64,000 bases of DNA. It comes from an uncultured Actinomycetota bacterium (GTDB lineage: Bacteria > Actinomycetota > Actinomycetes > DATJPE01). The DNA lies in NCBI GenBank assembly GCA_963805505.1, contig CAWDUP010000004.1, forward strand, positions 189,382 to 253,381, read 5' to 3'. The position numbers and the translations under genes are program-made. The stretch's first letter is position 1, and every line of letters starts with the position of its first letter. The notes below the pieces were generated by a model. The model saw only the letters and a program-made list of their open reading frames with translations. It was not told the DNA's origin and ran no database searches. Of the stretch, positions 60,521 to 64,000 are shown in pieces.

Positions 60521-61576
60521 TTGTCGCGGGAATCCACGGCCCGCCGGATCGCCTCCAGGGCCGCATACGGCGGAGGCGGCCTGCTGGTGACCAGTGCGTC
60601 GGCGGCGGCCTTCCTCTGGGCCGAGACCGTCTATGCACGATGGCGGGTCGGCGAAGTCTCCAAGGAGACGTTCCCGGTGGACGGCGTCTACAGCGCATCG
60701 CAGGTCAGCGGAGAGCCCATCCGCCTGGTGATCCTGGGCGACTCGGCTGCCGCCGGGCTCGGCGCTGACAGCGCTGCCGATACGCCGGGAGTGCTGCTGG
60801 CCCAAGGCCTTTCGGAGGTAGCTAGGCGCCCCGTGACCCTCGTCAACGCGGCAGTCGTGGGGGCGCGGACGAGCGACCTAGGTGCCCAGATCGACCGGAT
60901 CGAAGACGTCCGGCCCGACCTGGTGGTCGTGCTCGTCGGCGCGAATGACGTGACCCACCGAGTCACCCCGTCCACCAGCGTCCGATACCTCGACCAAGCG
61001 GTGCGCCGACTGCGCGACCTCGAGTCCGAGGTAGTGGTCGGCACCTGCCCTGACCTCGGTACGGTCCGCCCGCTGCCCCAACCACTGCGGGCCATCGGGC
61101 GCCGATGGTCTCGCCAGCTGGCCGCAGCCCAGATGATCACCGTCATCGAGGCGGGCGGCCGATCGGTATCGCTCGCGGCGCTGCTGGGTCCGGAGTTCGA
61201 CGAGGCACCCCAGGACTACTTCAGCGCCGACCGCTTCCACCCCTCCTCCCTCGGTTACGGCCGGCTGGCCGAGGTTCTGCTGCCCTCTGTGTGTGCGGCC
61301 CTCGGGTACGGCCCCGATCCCGAGCCGGCCCTCGACGCCAATCGCCACGAGGAGGTGCTGCCTATCTCACAGGCCGCTGTCCAGGCGGCCGACGCTGGCG
61401 GGAGCGAGCTGGCAGGGGCGCAGGTCGACGGCCACGACCGCTCGACCCGCGGCCGTTGGGCAACGCTGCGCCACCGGATCCCGCTCCGTCGCCGATCAAA
61501 GGCGACCGGTGACGAGGATGTCCCCGCCGAGGGACGTGACACCGAGGAGGACGTAGCGGCCAGTGTCACAGACTGA
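60521..61576 (+). CDS. SGNH/GDSL hydrolase family protein (membrane-anchored)
   Basis: LVILGDSAAAG block I, GANDV block III, DRFHPS block V. Confidence 0.75.
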   Translation: MSRESTARRIASRAAYGGGGLLVTSASAAAFLWAETVYARWRVGEVSKETFPVDGVYSASQVSGEPIRLVILGDSAAAGLGADSAADTPGVLLAQGLSEVARRPVTLVNAAVVGARTSDLGAQIDRIEDVRPDLVVVLVGANDVTHRVTPSTSVRYLDQAVRRLRDLESEVVVGTCPDLGTVRPLPQPLRAIGRRWSRQLAAAQMITVIEAGGRSVSLAALLGPEFDEAPQDYFSADRFHPSSLGYGRLAEVLLPSVCAALGYGPDPEPALDANRHEEVLPISQAAVQAADAGGSELAGAQVDGHDRSTRGRWATLRHRIPLRRRSKATGDEDVPAEGRDTEEDVAASVTD

Positions 61577-61955
61577 GTCGCAGCTCACGTACCCCTGCCA
61601 CCTGCTCCGCGAGCACGTCTTCCGCTGACGCCCTCGCTGACCCTCGCCAGACCAGCGCCTGACTGGGGAGCCTGGCGGCCGCGCGGGCCAGGTCACGGCC
61701 GGTCACCGCGACCTGGTCGCCCACCGCGAACACCCCAAGATCGGGAACGACGCGCGGGCGCGGAGGCTCGTCGTCCGCGCGTTGCTCGATCCCCTGTGCG
61801 GCGTCGGCAAGGCGCTGGGCGAGCCCTCTGGCCGCCTCCGCGCGAGTTGCGCCATGCCGCAGAGGTTGACCCAAGCGGACGTCTGACATGGACCGAAGCC
61901 GGTCCGACACCCGCTCGACCTCGACGGTCAGCGCCTCCACCAGCGGCGCTGCCAT
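61566..61955 (-). CDS. hypothetical protein
   Basis: 129-aa ORF with coding-like codon usage and no recognisable domain. Confidence 0.35.
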   Translation of the reverse strand: MAAPLVEALTVEVERVSDRLRSMSDVRLGQPLRHGATRAEAARGLAQRLADAAQGIEQRADDEPPRPRVVPDLGVFAVGDQVAVTGRDLARAAARLPSQALVWRGSARASAEDVLAEQVAGVRELRLSL

Positions 61956-62090
61956 GCCACCAGCGTAGAGGTCCTCTTCGGTGCCTTCTCAAACTGTCCG
62001 GCGCCGGTATTGCCGAAAGACTTGTGCGCCGACGATCCGACGGGCACCGTAGTGACATCGCCCTGGCCGGGGCGACTGACCTGGGAGGCG

Positions 62091-62324
62091 CCCATGTCCG
62101 TGCACCACTCCGACGAGACCTACGCGAACCTCGTGGCCCGGTTGCCACAGGCAACCGGGCGAGACATCAAAGAGTGGTGCAAGGAGGTGGATGCCGGTCC
62201 TTCGCTGATCAAGTCAGACGACCGGATCCACTGGCTGCAGGACGAGCACGGCCTGGCGCACAGCTATGCGAAGGCGATCGTGCACGAGTACGACATGCAA
62301 CGCGCCGCCCGCCGGGTCAGCTGA
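62091..62324 (+). CDS. DUF4287 domain protein
   Basis: MSVHHSDETYANLVARLPQATGRDIKEW...AHSYAKAIVHEY matches DUF4287. GGAGG lies upstream of the ATG at 62091. Confidence 0.6.
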   Translation, partial: PMSVHHSDETYANLVARLPQATGRDIKEWCKEVDAGPSLIKSDDRIHWLQDEHGLAHSYAKAIVHEYDMQRAARRVS

Positions 62325-62398
62325 GCTCTCCCGACCCGACGCCCCACCCCACCACCCCGCTGAGGGTGACGTTGGGTGGGTGTGAGCGGCGTGACTGG

Positions 62399-63226
62399 CT
62401 AGTTGCGGTTGAGGATCGCCAGGAGGCGGAGCAGCTCGAGGTAGAGCCAGATCAGCGTGACCATGAGGCCGAACGAGGCGCGCCATGACTCCCGCTCGGG
62501 CAGCCCGAACGCGACGCCCTTCTCGATCGCGTCGAAGTCGAGCACCAGGCTGAACGCGGCCAGGCCGACACCGGCGACGCACAACAGGATGCCCAGACCA
62601 CCGACTCCGTAGAAGCCCCAGCCCTCGCCGACCCCGAAGAACGCCGAGATCAGGCTGACCACCGCGATGCCCAGGTAGGACACCATCGCGACCATCATCA
62701 TCTTCTGGAAGCGCGGGGTCGCCCGCAGCTTCCCGGAGGAGTACAGGGCGAGCATGACTCCGAACGCCACCAGCGTGCCGAGCACCGCCTGTCCGACGAG
62801 GTTCACCTGGTTCGGGTTGAGATCCGGGCTGTTCTGATACCAGCTGCTGATGCCGCCGAGGAAGACTCCCTGGACAGCGGCGTAGGCCATGATCAGCACA
62901 GGATTGACGGTGCGCTTGAAGGCGTTGAACAACCCGAGGCCGAGGCCCACGAGCATGGCGCCCCAGACTAGGAACGGATAGTCGAAGGCGAGATTCCAGC
63001 CGACGATGGCCATCGGGACGAGCAGCACGAACAAGATCGCGGTCTTGACCACGACATCTTGGACCGACATCCGCTGACCAGTGGCTGTCGCCTCCGGAGG
63101 GGCGTACTGCTGCTGCATCGTGGCAGCCTCGGCGCCTTGCGCCTGGAAGGTCGCGTAGCGGGCTGGGTCGTTGAACTCCCGGTTGAGCACGGGGTTGCGA
63201 CTCGAGTATCGATCGGTAGTGGCCAT
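62399..63226 (-). CDS. Bax inhibitor-1/YccA family membrane protein
   Basis: 7-TM BI-1 pattern; 275 aa. Confidence 0.85.
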   Translation of the reverse strand: MATTDRYSSRNPVLNREFNDPARYATFQAQGAEAATMQQQYAPPEATATGQRMSVQDVVVKTAILFVLLVPMAIVGWNLAFDYPFLVWGAMLVGLGLGLFNAFKRTVNPVLIMAYAAVQGVFLGGISSWYQNSPDLNPNQVNLVGQAVLGTLVAFGVMLALYSSGKLRATPRFQKMMMVAMVSYLGIAVVSLISAFFGVGEGWGFYGVGGLGILLCVAGVGLAAFSLVLDFDAIEKGVAFGLPERESWRASFGLMVTLIWLYLELLRLLAILNRN

Positions 63227-63297
63227 AGCCAAGGATAACCGCTCGCGCCGCTGCTGCGCCGCTCGACGTCATGGACCGGAAGGTCCGGCTCGACTCG

Positions 63298-63370
63298 TGC
63301 CCCCGGTGGGGATCGAACCCACACTGGATCCCTTTTAAGGGGACTGCCTCTGCCGTTGGGCTACGGGGGC
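63298..63370 (-). tRNA. tRNA gene, 73 nt, no encoded CCA; the hand fold gives anticodon UAA with a 5-nt variable loop, so the isotype is uncertain
   Basis: Acceptor GCCCCCG/CGGGGGC, U8, A14, GG in the D loop, T-loop TTCGATC, anticodon stem GUCCC/GGGAU and loop CUUAAAA. Confidence 0.65.
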
Positions 63371-64000
63371 GCCCCCAGGGTAGGCCGCCGCGTCCTCAGT
63401 GACAGCCACCTGTTGATCTCCGGGCACCGGCGCCGCACCGTGGGACAGGTCGATCGCCACGGCCTTGGCCACCGACTCTTCGTCAGCCACCGCCGTTCCG
63501 TGATGGGCGGCCCAACCGATCAAAGCCAGCGCCAGGGCGCCGACGGCGGCCGAGAGAACACCGCCGAGCGCCAGGCTCGTACGCGGCCCGAACGCCTCCC
63601 CGAGCCAGCCGACGATCGGGGCGCCGATGGGCGTCCCCCCGAGGAAGACGGTCAGGTAGATGGCCATGACCCTCCCCCGGAACGCGGGGTCCACCCCGAG
63701 CTGCACCGTGGCGTTGGCGGCGGTCATGACCGTCAGGGCGGCCAACCCGCAGGGCACCAGAGCGACGGCGAATGTCGTGTACGTCGGCATGGCCGAGGCC
63801 GCCAGCTCGACCAGACCGAAGGTCAAGGCTGAGCCGGCTACCAAGCGAACTCGCGGGTTTCGGCGACGAGTGGCCACCAGGGCGCCGAGCAGCGAGCCGA
63901 TGCCGAGCATCGTGGCGAGCAGGCCGAAGCCCTGGGCGTCCTTGCCGAAGACCTGCGTGGCCATCAGGGCAATAGTGATCGAGAAGTTCAGCCCGAAGGT
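63335..64000 (-). CDS. MFS transporter, C-terminal half (the gene continues past the window end)
   Basis: TM-rich MFS C-terminal region. The ORF remains open to position 64000. Its last 36 nt overlap the tRNA gene. Confidence 0.6.
   Translation of the reverse strand, partial: TFGLNFSITIALMATQVFGKDAQGFGLLATMLGIGSLLGALVATRRRNPRVRLVAGSALTFGLVELAASAMPTYTTFAVALVPCGLAALTVMTAANATVQLGVDPAFRGRVMAIYLTVFLGGTPIGAPIVGWLGEAFGPRTSLALGGVLSAAVGALALALIGWAAHHGTAVADEESVAKAVAIDLSHGAAPVPGDQQVAVTEDAAAYPGGAPVAQRQRQSP

Noticed and set aside
63298-63370. Reading the tRNA region as a plus-strand tRNA-Lys (loop CTTTTAA visible on the plus strand)
   Set aside because: The plus strand lacks U8, a D-arm and a TTCGA T-loop. 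Only the minus strand gives a canonical cloverleaf.

Overview
This 64 kb window is high-GC (about 70%) chromosomal DNA from an actinobacterium. That assignment rests on a mycothiol amidase (Mca), an F420-type nitroreductase, class I plus class II fumarases, and the gene order cbs..metB..mca-greA..phoH2..fumC-glpX..xseBA-ispH-ychF, which from memory matches the Mycobacterium tuberculosis Rv1077-Rv1112 neighbourhood. About 70 protein genes are supportable, mostly core metabolism and housekeeping. Among these is a complete molybdate uptake operon with an HTH-TOBE regulator. Accessory-looking insertions interrupt the conserved backbone:
- a roughly 50-bp palindromic repeat family with three copies, two of them in inverted orientation bracketing a frameshifted DUF559/AbiEi-like gene that sits between the two fumarase genes;
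- a frameshifted DUF222-HNH endonuclease gene of the 13E12-repeat-protein type, next to a P450, CoA ligase, hydrolase, methyltransferase, GNAT and MarR-MFS cluster;
- a FIST gene divergent from a ChlI-like AAA ATPase plus VWA gene pair.
Other notable items are an atypical 73-nt tRNA gene, a roughly 300-nt leader upstream of a secreted Apf/transglycosylase-like gene (riboswitch candidate), several strong intergenic palindromes that look like operators, and two clean bidirectional terminator hairpins. There are no CRISPR arrays, integrases or transposases. All calls come from reading the sequence and the ORF translations by eye, and no searches were run.
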